Origin: the human T2T-CHM13v2.0 reference genome, Homo sapiens | NCBI RefSeq assembly: GCF_009914755.1 | Contig: NC_060939.1 | Reading direction: 5' to 3' (one strand) | DNA: 64,000 nucleotides | Shown here: positions 16,864-29,399 of the stretch, piece after piece | Layout of the letters: each line of letters opens with the position of its first letter | Numbering within the stretch: position 1 is the first letter of the stretch | Notes under the pieces: generated by a model | Databases searched by the model: none | Told to the model about the DNA's origin: nothing | The model's input: the letters and a program-made list of their open reading frames with translations, nothing else | Translations under genes and position numbers: made by a program

Positions 16864-19049
16864 GTACTCAGGAGTTTGACCTGGGGCATCTCCAGCCTGA
16901 AGTCTCAGCTCTGTCTCAGCTGTTTCTGGGCCCCAGTGAAGCTGTTGCTAACTTGCTGGTTCTCTTAGCACAAACACCAGCCCAGGATGCCGAAACTGCA
17001 CCCAAGTCAGCTCACAGCCTCCCCCTGGAGGTGGCCTCTCCTCTGCCTGGTTCTGCCTGTTTAGAGGGATGCCCACACTTGTATCTCTTGATTATTTTTC
17101 TTTTACACTCCTCAAGCTGAAAGTAGCCAACTGGGAAGAGAAGGTGATCTTTTCTGGGATAGAATCATAATCCTTATTTTTGAAAGTGCTTTCAAAAACA
17201 TTATTATTGAAGCCACATTAATATTTCCCAGAGACATTAACTATCTTGACATAATAAGAGGTGGGCGGAGATGAATATCCGAAGGAAATTACATTGCCTT
17301 TCAAAATTTCACAGAGCCAAAGTTACTACATGATACTTAATGAGAAAAAAGTCAAATTTCTAGAAAAAAATGAAGGGTAAGAAAGACTGTTACCAAGTTT
17401 GTATGCTTCAGTTTATTCACCTGAAACATCAGAACTATAGAGTCAAAAATGTTTTTCATTCCTGAGTCAATGACGCTGTAAGATATAAATGGTGCATTCT
17501 GGTGGCGGAGAAACATTTTCCACCTATGTTTCTTTGCTTGGCAAGAAAATGTTTTGAGGTGGTGCAAGAGGCCAACCACACATTTTGTGTGTGGACCATG
17601 ATCTGTCAAGTCCTGTGTTTGTCATTTTAAAACTTTTCTGCATGGGGTATAATGTGGATCTGCAAATGTCCTATTTGTTTTCCCCACTGTGAAATCCCAG
17701 CTTTTGTACCTTGGGTATTTTCAAAACCTGATTTCACTGGATTAATATTTCTTTTCCTGGTGTTAGAATAATGAGTGTCAGTGTGGTTTTAATATACCAG
17801 CTTGTTTTCCTTGTGATGCCCTCAAGGAAAGGCGTTGTGGGAGCAGTCTGTGGTCTGTGGCCACAGGCAGAACCGTACAAAGTGGCACATTGTGCAAGTG
17901 CATAGATAAATCCAAACTCAGGGCTGGTCCTGTCAGTTCAGAGAGCTCAGAGACGTGTTTGGCATCACAGCCGGCACCTTTCTATTGAGCCCAGATGTGT
18001 TTCCATGGCAAAGGAGTCATGTCATTAACTGCTAGGGTGTTGCTATGGCATTTGCATGTTATTAAGAGCTTGATATATGTTGAAATGGAAGCATTTTATA
18101 TTTTCTAAAGGAATTATCTACCAGTTATTTTTGTGTAGACAAGTCAATATATCTGAAGATAACCATTGTAATTTATGTTATTAATTAAATATAACTTACT
18201 GTGTTGAAAGGATGCATATCTTAATTGTCAAATGTGAAAGGGCTCAGAGGGGATTTTGACAGTCACCTTTCTAAATATATCTCATGCTCACATCAGAATA
18301 AGAATTTTGTTTGCTACTGAAGAGAATCCCACCTCTCCATCAGCATAAAGAGATTACAGCAGATGCTAATCCAAAAAGAAATCTGAGAGAAGGTGCTCCC
18401 TGTGATGCTCTTGGGCAATGGGAAGCATGAACTGTTCCAGACCCTCTTTTCCTAGATTCCCTGTGCCCCTACTGTACCATCACTCCACTGGTACAAGGAG
18501 GTCTAGCACCATGTTCACACTCCAAGGATGTACACAGGAAACTAACACAAGTCTTTTCTACATTTGGCTTTCAAACCAGTGTAGCCCTGGGGGACAGTAG
18601 CAGTATGCAGGCCCCTTTCCCAAGGGACACGCTTGTGCCCGAGCACTACCTCTTCATCTCTTTTTTTCCTCCACTACTCTGAGAAGTCTTATCAAGTCTA
18701 GAGCAAGAAAACAAGCTCTATATTATTATGCCTTCTATGTAAATCTATTCAGTCTGTGTTCTTTACTAAGGATTTCAGTCTGTTTTGAGACTTAAAAGCT
18801 GAAAATTGATTGATTCATTCTGTTATGCTTTTGAGATCTTACTGCCATAGCTGGTGTCTCAAACACAGATGAAAATTACATGGAATAAAGAAAAAGAACA
18901 CATCAAAATAGTCTTATGTTACCTGTTTGACATACAACATGGTCAGGCACTTCTAGAACATAAAATACAGCACAGCTTGTACCTGTGCAGCCAATTACCC
19001 ATAGCATCATTTACACATCAATTACCCATATGGTCTGATTTCATGTGAT

Positions 19050-19235
19050 TATAGATATTTTAGAGCTTGGAGAGACTTTAGGGTTTATCTAGTCCACAGT
19101 GGAGGTGTTGTTGTTTCCCTTCCTTTTCTCTTTTCAACAGATATTGAAGAAATTGAAGAAAAGAGAATATAAGTAACTTACACATGGTGACATACATATT
19201 TATAGGCAGAATCCACAGTAGAACGTGGTACCTAA
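19050..19235 (-). mobile_element. MIR fragment
   Basis: Degenerate MIR core (cagatattgaagaaattgaag...aagtaacttacacatggtgaca). Confidence 0.45.
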
Positions 19236-19489
19236 ACTTCTACTAGTGGTCTCTTTCTGTGAAGTCTTGATGCATTGAATGCTACAATGCCTGGTCTTCT
19301 ACTTCCTTGCCATCTCCCCTCATGGCTTCCTGCCTTGAGAGGGACCCCAAGATGGGAGCACTCTGAGCTTAGACGAAGAGCCCAGTGTGTAAGAAAGGAT
19401 TCTCCAAGCCCATGAAATGGCCTCAATGAACAAATGTTTAGAAAACAGAAAGTCATTGGTGGGATCACTTGGAAAATTCTGTAAAAGAC

Positions 19490-19660
19490 CGTCCAGTTAA
19501 ATCTGTAGGATCCTGAGATACTGGGCTACTCTGAAAACCTGGTAAATGCTACAAACCCTTTCGCAGACAAATGCAAGTTTGCATGAAATTTTGCACGTGC
19601 ATTTAAATGGTTTGCAGATCACCTAAAACCCAATCTATGAGCGCATTTTAAGAACCCCAT
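19490..19660. mobile_element. hAT-Charlie-type MITE relic
   Basis: Internal motif and terminal TTAAGAACCCC resemble Charlie-derived MITEs. Confidence 0.4.
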
Positions 19661-20284
19661 TATAGAGATAAGAGAACTTTTTGAGATAGCCGGTATTGCC
19701 TGGGAAAAGACCAGAATGGTCACCTTCTCCAGAGCACCACCCTGGTCACTGTAGTAGATGGAATAAGTACAAACAGGTTGGTCCAAGGGACATCTCAGAA
19801 GGTTGCGAGTAGAAATGTTTGGATTTGAAATATTTTAAGAGTGTGAGTTTTGATAGCTGCACCCAACCTTCAATCAAAGTCATTCTTGATGGGGAAAGGG
19901 CTGTAGTCTGCCCGGCGAGAGCGAGGCTAAAGCGGGCTTAAACAGAGCAAGGGCTGTGCAATTGAACAAAGACAATCTCGTTGGCTTCTGAGTTCTATAT
20001 GAGCTAATAAGCCACGTGGGAGGGTGTACTTTTGGGAGAAGAGAGCTGTAACCTTCTTTAGGTTGGCAGGAAAGAAGGGGACATTGCTGATTTCCAAGTT
20101 CTCTGGTCCTTGTAGACTTTATCCAGTCGTAGTAACAACAATAAAAACATTTAATTAAGAAGCCAGATCATGGAATTTATATTTCTCATTACTTTGAATC
20201 TGAATCCCTTGACAGGAGGGAAAGGAGGCTGGGGTGAGGGTTGGGGGTGGGTTCTAAGGTTGGGGGATGGTGTCCCTCACTCAC

Positions 20285-20790
20285 TATGTAATCAGTACAT
20301 TTTCTGCACCCTCAACATGACAAACACTGTGCTGTGTGTTGGGAATAAATAATAAAATGGTGGTCATGGTCCCTGACATTATGAAGTATAAATTTCAGTA
20401 AGATACGTTGACAAGCAAACTGACAATTGGTGTAATGCAGAAGGTGGTACAGGGGAACCCCATGGGGAGGTGTTCCTAACCAATTCTGTGGAGATGCTTC
20501 CTGGAGGAAATGGAGACTTGAAGGATGGTTGAAGTTAACCAGGAGAAGAGGGAGGACCAGGGTCTTTCATGTGGAAGAAAATGCCCATGTGACAGTGCTG
20601 GTGCTTCACAGATACTGAGTGAAGAAGGTGAGGGTGAGGGAGGGAGCCATAAGGGATGAGCTACTCCTGTAGGCAGGTACTAGACCACAGGATGAGGCTT
20701 TGTAGGATATTCTAAAAGGTTAGGGCCTGAAGGTGAAAACAAGAAAGGGCATTGAAGGGTTTTATGTGGAGAGATGACCCAGTATACCAT
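20285..20790 (-). mobile_element. L2 fragment
   Basis: L2-like 3' end and body (cactgtgctgtgtgttgggaata...ttcctggaggaa...ttgaagg). Confidence 0.5.
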
Positions 20791-21814
20791 TCAGCCTGGT
20801 GTGACTGTACCAGGAAGAGACACCACAACAGAATCTTATGTTAATATGCTATTTGCCAAATTCTCATGACTCTTAGGCCTTTAGGGACAGAAGAAAACAG
20901 TAGTCTTGCCCCACATACCTGTTTAGGTTCCCACACAGATGCATGTTACCTGCAGCTTTGGATGTAGATTTTAGAAATGAATCAACCGTTGTACAGTTTT
21001 GTTTCCCATCTCTTGCTATGCAGGCCAGTGTTATAAGTTTGATGCAGCTGAAGATGGTAGTGTTAGTTGGTGGCCCTTCAGAGATAATTCTTATGTCCCA
21101 TCCCATGGAAGATAGAGAAGTATGGGAGATAAAACTGTGGGCTCTTTCTTCCCTTGCTCTCATTCATTAAGCCCCTCCCACCTGCCTCCCTGGGAGGAGA
21201 GACTCATCTGATTGGTGAGATACAGAAAAGGCTCTGACCACGTGTGGCTCCACTTCTCCTTGGTCCTCTCTGGAGCCACCTGTTGTCAGGAAACCACTGC
21301 TCTGCTCATGCATTTGGAGCTCACCCAGGTGTACTGAGCCTTTGCAGTGGGGAGACCTGGGCTTTGAAGTGTAGATTTTGTTTATGGGAGATTCACTGGA
21401 GCTACATTTTGGTTGTAGGTCAAGCTGCATTCTCAAATTCAGCTACCCTAGACATAAAGCTCATTATTTTAGCTTTCATCGTACTGATTCCTGTATTCAT
21501 CTCGCATTTGGCCTGAACTCAAGAGGGAAATCAACAAATGTTACTATGTAGACCCTGAAAACCTTGAGTGTTAGCATCACTAACTTTTCCTTACCTACAC
21601 ATGGATTTCTGGTTTTCTGTCTTGTCTTTGCTGAAGACTGGGCGTTGTAATAGACTCATCCTTATTAATCTACTTCGCCTCTTAACGCTTACAAGAAGGA
21701 GTCTACATAGTGGGAGCAATCTGGAGAGGGAGGAAGTATGAGACCACCCCCTTACCTTCCACACTCACCTTTAGCTAACACTTAATTTCTATCCCTTCCC
21801 CCAAGAAAGAAATG

Positions 21815-21868
21815 AGAGAATTGGTTAGCTTAGAGATGGCTCTTAGAGAATTGGTTAGCTTAGAGATG
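21815..21868. repeat. Tandem duplication, 24 bp x2 (period 30)
   Basis: AGAGAATTGGTTAGCTTAGAGATG at 21815-21838 and 21845-21868. Confidence 0.95.
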
Positions 21869-22625
21869 ATGACATCCATTCACAGCATTTAGGAAACTAA
21901 ATGGAGAAATTAGAAGGTAGTGGAGTGTGGAAGGGAAGAAGCAAGAGATCTTTCTTACCCTCTTACGTCATCCAGTGTCCAGGGAATTCGTTTTTGGATA
22001 TTAACCTCATCCCTGGCTCCATCTTATTTGCCTAACCTTATCTTCCCTTTCTCTTATTTTCTTGGTTGTTTTAAATTCATCTTATTTCACTACATGCATC
22101 TTTAGAAACTTCTTAAATCATTTTAGCAACAAGGTAGGAAATAGGTAAATAAATAAAATCTACCCTAAATATTCAAGTCCCTTCAGAGCTGCTTGGCTGC
22201 ACAATCTGCTTTGACGTGTAGAGTTTCATTATCTACAAACACTCTGTGAAACATGGCAAAGTCCAAAGTGAATGATTTCTAAAAAATATTAATATTGCTG
22301 CCATCCTCTACTAATACAGATTTTTCAGTTATAGCCTTATGCTCAATTCATATTTAAGTTAATTGAATCATTAGTTTTAAGAGCTACTCTATTCCTGGGA
22401 TATGTCCAGAAACCAGCCTCTATTGGTCCTTGAGTCTCAAGGTGCAGCCTAGTTAGTATTCTGTTGTAAATATCTATGGGAAAAATCTAAACACTCCTTA
22501 TTAATCAGTTCAGTGCCTCATTAAAGTGTTTCCCAGATTTTGGAGTGCAATCTTGGATGATCATGACTCATTTGGGGGAGGGATGGGGCAAGGTGAGCAT
22601 CCTTAGCTTCTGCCTGCTGCAAATA

Positions 22626-22698
22626 CTAGATGGGTGTAAAAGTAATTGCGGTTTTTGCCATCACTTTTAATGGCAAAATTATTTTTGCACCAACCTAA
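22626..22698. mobile_element. MADE1 (Hsmar1-derived palindromic MITE)
   Basis: Matches TTAGGTTGGTGCAAAAGTAATTGCGGTTTTTGCCAT...TTTTGCACCAACCTAA; TA flanks at 22624-25 and 22699-700. Confidence 0.92.
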
Positions 22699-24069
22699 TA
22701 CCAGTCAGTAGAGAAGTCTGAGAAAGAATTATGGAATTAACGGATGGTGGGAGCTCAGATATTAAGCCGAGAAACCTACATTTCTTGAAAAATATCATCT
22801 GGTCTGCATTTAGAAACCATTCAATCTGAATGTGCTAGCCTTTGGAAGACTATCTCTATCTGTTTTAACAAGTGTTTCTGTGACTTCGTCTTCAGCATGC
22901 TTTTATTTGGTGGCTACTGTGTTAGGTGCTAACCATATCTCCTCCTGAAGTTCTGGCTCTGGTTCTACTTCCTTCATTGAGTTTTATGAGGAGGGAAATT
23001 TATAGGCTGACTCAAAGGTCATATATTTCTGTTCACTGATTCTTTAGTCCACTGACCCCATCTTATACCTGCTTTTCCCTTTGAGCCCCAAATTTATAGC
23101 CTCATGTCTACATATATTTCAGTTTTCCGAGTGTAATTTCCTTATAGTCCAGAGCAAACATTATGCATTGAATAAGCATTTTATCCCTTGATTGTTCTTG
23201 TTTTCATCTCTATTCTTGTTACTTTTCTATAATTACCTATAAGTATGTGTGTGTGAGTGGGTGCACACCCACACCCACATTTCCATACGTCTGCTGAGTT
23301 GGCAGACTGGTAGGCCTTGGGAAGAAGCATGTATTGGGAAGAAGAAAATACCACTTGGTAATGACAGATTTGGTAGGAAAACTTTTACTTCTTTAAGGGT
23401 AAAAAGGAGGAACCATGTTCCATGTTAAAAGAATGGTACATGTAATTATCATCCCAGCTGTAAATCAAAATACCCCACCGCGGTTAGGAAAAGGAGTCTC
23501 ACAGCCTTGGGCCTCCAAAAGAAAGAACCCAATTATATCAGATGCCCATTTCCTTCAGGGGTCATAGAAAATGAAGCTTGCTTCACCTCAGGGGCTCATG
23601 AACATTTTCCCCGTTGTTTCTGGATCATCTGGGTTGATTGTGCAAGACAGTTACTTTCCTGTTATGCAGTCACCCAGAAACAGAAGCAGAAGCGGCACAC
23701 ACTCTGTGATCTTTCCCACTTCCTTTCAGCCAATGCTATATTGAACTGTTCCTGAAATCACTCCAAACAACTGCCAATGGTGTTTGCATCTCTTCCTATC
23801 CCAAGTTCCCACAATCCCCAGCAGGGGTGTTGATGGTGCCCACAGCCTTTCCTCTTCACCTTGGTAATATCAGGTGAGTAAAACTGGCCCTCTATGCCCA
23901 TTGTCTCCACCACACCAGCCATTCCTGAGATGTGGAATTCTATAGAAAGCATGTGGGTCACCAGCTGGTTTTAATTAATTGAAAACAATTCTGACTACCT
24001 GTTCTGTTCTGGGAATTGTGCTGGGTGTTTGACCCAATATGGAGAGGGGAGGCCCTTCCTGGCAAGAAA

Positions 24070-24705
24070 GCTGTTCATTTATTCAATTCTTTATTCATTT
24101 CACAGTTATCAGCTGCTTACCACATGCCAGATGGTGTTCTAGCTGCTGAGGAATACAGCAGTAAACAAAACCCAAAAAGTTGATTTTCTCATAGAGCTTA
24201 CATTCTAGTGTGGGAAGAGAAATGATAAACAATAAATATAAATGAGTAAGATATATCAGGTTATGGTGGTCTTTCTGATGTGTCAATTTGAACAGACTAT
24301 AGCCTTTAATTATCCAATCCAACACAAATCTAGATGTTGCTGTGAAGGTATTTTATAGATGTAATTTAAGTCCATGATCACTTGATTTTAAGAGAGATTA
24401 TCCTGGAGAATCTGAGTGAGTCTGATTCAGTCAGCTTGAAAGGCCTTAAAAGCAGGACTGAGGCTCCTCTTAGAGGAGAAATTCATGTGTAAGACAACAG
24501 ATTCAGCCCATGCCCAGGAGTTCCAGCCTGCCCTTATGGTTGGCCTGACCTATGGATTTTGGACTTATTTATGCAGCTGCCACAATTGCCTAAGCCAATC
24601 TCTTGCAGCAAACTTCATGTCATCCTTTATTGGTTCTGGTTCTCTGGTTTAACCCCAACTGACTCAGTGCTATGAAGAAAAATAAAGCAGGAAAGGGGAT
24701 AAACC
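24070..24705 (-). mobile_element. L2 3' fragment split by an MLT2 LTR
   Basis: ttcatttattcaa...gttctagctgctgaggaatacagcagtaaacaaaa; resumes as gtgctatgaagaaaaataaagcagg. Confidence 0.6.
24262..24666 (+). mobile_element. MLT2 (ERVL) solo LTR, MLT2D/E-like
   Basis: ATGTGTCAATTTG start, GATGTTGCTGTGAAGGTATTTT, terminal TTGGTTCTGGTTCTCTGG...CTGACTCA. Confidence 0.75.
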
Positions 24706-26893
24706 TGGTTATGGAGTAGACATAAAGACAAAAAATTAAAGCACAATTCACTCTTGCTATCATGCCTTTATGGGTACAGTGGAAGTAGAAATTAATCTAC
24801 TAGTATCACAAATTTCCTTTCTTCAAAGCAAAGATCCTAAAGCTCAAATCCTGTGGGATATTAAACAGGGAACTTTTTTTTCTGAGCCCTTTTCAATTTC
24901 TAATTTCTAAAATAGGAATGCCACCTTTATATGATTAAAATGTAAGTGAGATAAGACTATTATATATAAATTATCTAGCACCCTTCTTGGAACATAATAA
25001 ACTATCTTCTATTTTTTATTACCTTCTTACTAATACCTGTGAACATGTCTGCTATATGAATATCATGGTAATTCAGCATTGTCTTTACATCATACGTATT
25101 CCCGTGTATCTGTGGCCAATTCATACCCAAGGCAGACAGATAGTTAAGCTCCTCAGTGCATGCATTTACTGGTAGAACGCAGGTTGATGAGCCTGGGAAG
25201 GTAATGAACTGGGAATTACATATGGATGAAGAAGGATTAGGCTTATCTATAAAAACCAGTCTACTCCATTATTCCCTATCATATTGAAACTTTTCTCAAC
25301 TTTCTCTTAATTCTGTAGAGAAATATCTGGTACATCAAAATTTCTATTTAAATGTCTTCAAAGTAACCAAATTGATATATCAGTGAACAAGCACTCTTCC
25401 ATTGCAAGGCTCCAGCTAAGATCTCATTGTCAAAGAACTTCAGACAGTTGGTAGGGAGAGATGAGATGGGGAGGAATGCTCTGTTATGTGAAATATTTCA
25501 GAACTGGAGTTTCTGGGCAAAGGAAATAACTGTCATTTTGGTACACGTTGGCATTGAGAAAATGCATAGAAGAGTAATTATCTGCTTGAAACACTCCACA
25601 TGACTATGTACACCCTTCCTTTTTCTGATTAACTAGACTGGAAAACATATTTCCAGGGCTGTTTTGGCTTTGAGTAAGATGGTACAGTATTCATCCTTGT
25701 AGTTTATTTGGAATAGGAAGAACATCTAGCTTGTGGGGGTACATAAGGTGGTGTCTCCCAAGAGTCTCTTAAATAAAAAGAGGCACTCCAAGTCTGTAGT
25801 TCCTGGTTCTAGTTTAGCATTTTTGCTGAACAGCAAAGGATTACATTCCCACATCTTCTTGAAATAAAGGCTAGAATGAATCTTCAGTGATTCATTCACT
25901 CAAAAGCCATTCTTTTTCATTGGCTACTATGGGCTAACCATAGATCTCATGATAGGGCCACATCTGAACAACTAAGGCAAGTTCCTGTCTTTGTGGTTAC
26001 TTTGCTAGTGGGAAGTTTAGATGGAATAAATAACATTTATAGAACACTTTCTATGTGCAAGCTCTCTGTCTAGGTAATTAAATGTGGAGCAGTCCAGCAA
26101 TGGGTAACCTGTGTCCCTGCACATGGGAGGAAGCTTGGAATGGGGACCACGGGCACACAGGAAAATACTGGACACTGTAGTGCAGCTGGTGATGGTGGTA
26201 GAGGGCTGAAAGATGCAACTTGAGTCCCAGCCAGGGACTGTGGTTCATCATGAAAAGGGAAGATTGAGAAGTCTTGAAGGAGCTGGAGTTTGGCTAGAAT
26301 ATTAAGGCAGAATTCAGTCTTGGTGAAATAAGTCCCAGATACTTGGATCAGGTAACTAGAACTATGGTAAAAAATCCAGTGCTAAGAACATCACCTGGTG
26401 CATAGCAAGAGTGCTATCAATATTTGCCTAGTGAATAGAAAGAATAAAATTGACAGTAAATGTGATTTGATATTCACATCAGAACCTCTGAACCAGAGCT
26501 CTGAAGTTTTCTCATTAGGGTCAAGATTTCATCCAGGCATTTGGGGAGACCTGCACTCTGAAGTAGAAGTTAAGTAGCCCCATTCTGGAGATAGGTGAAA
26601 TTTGGAAGAAGGCTGGTCTGGACTAGTGTGAAGTGTGGCCCACCCTTTGGTTCACAGGCATCATTGCTACCTTCGTATCCAGACACACTTCAGTACCACG
26701 ACCAGTGGGTGGGACAATTTGAAGTAGATCAGGAAATGTAGTAGCTGTTTTCAAAACCATCAGCTATTCTTGTTTCCACAGTATAATACAACCCCAGTTG
26801 AACTGGAAACTATTTGGGAAAGATTTCCTGGGCAGAGCCAAAGTCTGCTAAAGCCTTTGTATTAATATAGCTATGTCAAAGCTATCACTTTCT

Positions 26894-27130
26894 GCTGGGA
26901 TTACAGGCATGTGCCACCACGCCCAGCCAAAATGATTACGATTAATTCATTATCAGTCAATATTAAAATGATGTATGGTTAATGCTTTTTATAGGCTTAT
27001 TTTTAACTTTGTTTTGTGACATATTTTTACATTTTTGTGTTTGAAAATGCATTATTCAGTTTCATTTTTTAAATTTTTGTACATGTTTTGCTCTCTTAAA
27101 AAATAATGTATCAGTTTTTATATCACAAAA
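26894..27130 (+). pseudogene. 5'-truncated retrocopy or orphan transduction of a 3'UTR-like sequence (antisense Alu stub, AT-rich tail, short poly-A)
   Basis: 16-bp TSD AAAGCT(A/G)TCACTTTCT at 26878-26893 and 27131-27146; A-run precedes the second copy. Confidence 0.75.
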
Positions 27131-27395
27131 AAAGCTGTCACTTTCTTCTTCCCATCCCTGAGAAATCTATTCAGCTTTGGGTCAGGAAAGAATATAAATA
27201 GATTTTATGTCTATGTTTACATATATAGTGCATGGCATATATTTTATACTGTATGATCTGATATATATATACAATTTATAATTATACATAAATATGTAAG
27301 ATTCACCAGACTATAATATCAGATTATATATTTTAGTTTCATTTATTAGATACATAGTAATATATATAGTTTTGCATATATACTGTTTATAGTGT

Positions 27396-27398
<3 letters not shown>

Positions 27399-27428
<30 letters not shown>
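27399..27428. repeat. (GT)n microsatellite
   Basis: Seen directly. Confidence 0.95.
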
Positions 27429-27432
<4 letters not shown>

Positions 27433-27559
27433 ATATCAGATTAAGACATGGTGTTGGTGCTGGTCCTACAGAGAGTCAGTAGGAAGAGCATGGTGAACAG
27501 CTGATACCAAGAGGAGGTGTGAAGCCAGGGCAGAGACTGTGACTTCTGCCATTATTTAT

Positions 27560-27575
27560 GCTGCCCCCTGGTGTG
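27560..27575 (-). promoter_or_regulatory. CTCF-like motif
   Basis: rc CACACCAGGGGGCAGC compared with core CCACCAGGGGGCGC. Confidence 0.35.
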
Positions 27576-27724
27576 GGTAGCTCCAGGTCAATGAATATCA
27601 AAGCCAAGAGGAATAAAAAGTTAAAGGTGTACGCTGCCCCAGATGAGGGCTCGGCAAGAGGTGCTGGCATCATCAGGAGCTCCTGATGGGGTGGCAAGGA
27701 TGGCATAGGCTGGGGTAAAGGGAA

Positions 27725-27890
27725 TAATACCTGCCACAGCCAACACTAACTGCAAATCCTCTCTATGAGCCCTGTGCTATGAGCTTTATACACACTATCT
27801 CACTTTTTCCTCAGATGGCCCTAGGAGGTACATACTGTTATCCTCACTGTTTAGATGAAGATACTGGAGGCTTAGCAAGATGAGCTAACA
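27725..27890 (-). mobile_element. MIR
   Basis: ccctgtgctatgagctttatacac...ttagatgaagatactggaggcttag core. Confidence 0.6.
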
Positions 27891-28048
27891 TCTGAGAAGC
27901 ATGCCTGCCATGTAGTATGTATCCTACAGGTATTTCTTAAGTGAATAAAGCCACCCAGGTGGTAACTGGAGATGCAAGATTGTGCTCAGGCTGACTCCAA
28001 AGACAGACTTCTTATCACAATTTTTCTTCAAGGATTTTATTCTTGCAG

Positions 28049-28121
28049 AGAGCATGGAGGCTACCGGAGTCACGTTTAGCAGTTTTGTTTTTGAGCAGGG
28101 AATGTCTGTGCTCTCCCTTAA
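28049..28121 (+). other. Candidate exon with Kozak ATG at 28054
   Basis: Acceptor ttttattcttgcAG; AGCATGG; donor TAA|gtaagc. Confidence 0.3.
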
Positions 28122-29399
28122 GTAAGCCCGGCTGCCAGAATACACTGGTGGAGTTATGTTACGAACCAGGAGTAGCCTGCTGCCTACTGGTTATCTACAT
28201 GAAGGAATGCTGTTTTGCTATTTCCCTCCCACTGATGCTGAAATTGAAATGGGGAAGGACTCCAAGTACAACATGTCATGCAAGGGGTTGAGGGTATCCT
28301 CATGGGATCACACTGAGGACCTGCTGAGAACACGCTGAAATCATTATTCTGACAGATCAGGAATACTTTCTCATCCACAGCCAGCAGCCACGTATGCTGT
28401 GCACACACTGTGGTCTGTCTGAGTTGGCTTCTTCCAGAAAGTAGGCTCACAGTGGGCGTCTGAGGGCTACTCCTGCCGGGAAAGCAGTCTCATTTGTTCA
28501 TATAACATAAACTTAAAAAAAAAATCAGGAAACAAGGACTCCCAGCTGGAGATGTGCCTTTGAAGACATTCTTCCAAGAGGTCTTTACCACAAGATGAGC
28601 ACTGTGACTCCAGGAACAGACAGTGCATATCACACCCTCACCACTGGGACCACAGCATGCTCAGAGCCTTGGTCAAGATTTCTCCTGCATGTTGGTTGAC
28701 CAGGCTTTGAGGTTAACATTCAGTCTTTTAGGGAAATCACGTTCTGCAGTCAGGGCAGGGTGTCAAAATGAAGAAGTCAGCCTTCTTTTGGTTCCTCCCA
28801 TTTCCACCAGAAAGTCCATTCTGTGAAAAGAGGTATTGCTTTTTCTGGTTTTAATATAATGTAGTCCTGGTTTAGAAAATCAGAGGATTGGAGACTGATG
28901 AGCCGTTTCTCTGGATTCAGGTTCATACGGTCCTGCCTGAAAAGGAATCAATTCTCTTACATAGGGGATTTGGAAGACAGAGAAGGTAGAGGCTTCTGGA
29001 GCCATGAGATGCCTGCCACAGCAAATGGCCAGAAGAGAGAAGTCACATGGCAAAGGGAATCTGGCCCAGAGGCATTCCTGCAACAGCAAGGGGGCTAAGT
29101 GAACGACACTATTGTTTCAAAAATGTACCTGATGATCTAATTTTGGGTATATGTGATTTCAAGATGCATACTGACCATTGACCTGTTCCTTATGCTCAGA
29201 GCCAGAAAGACAGAATCCAAAAACTCAGTGTAGAATTCTTTGTTTAACCCCTTGGCCATTTTGTCTAAACTGTCTCTGAGACACTGATCGAGTTTCTTTC
29301 AATGACTGAGAAAAGCATTGTCCACTAGTATTCAAATATCTGAAGTTCTGCATGCTTTCTACTGCTTCCTGGGCATTCTGCTCTATTTCATCTGCTTGT

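Noticed and set aside
20918-21050. Possible minus-strand exon (CIKLITLACIARDGKQ...)
   Set aside because: Splice signals plausible, but the donor is ambiguous and the phase does not link to neighbouring candidates
23806-23873. Possible + strand exon ending CAG|gtgagt
   Set aside because: Good donor but ambiguous acceptor, with no other support
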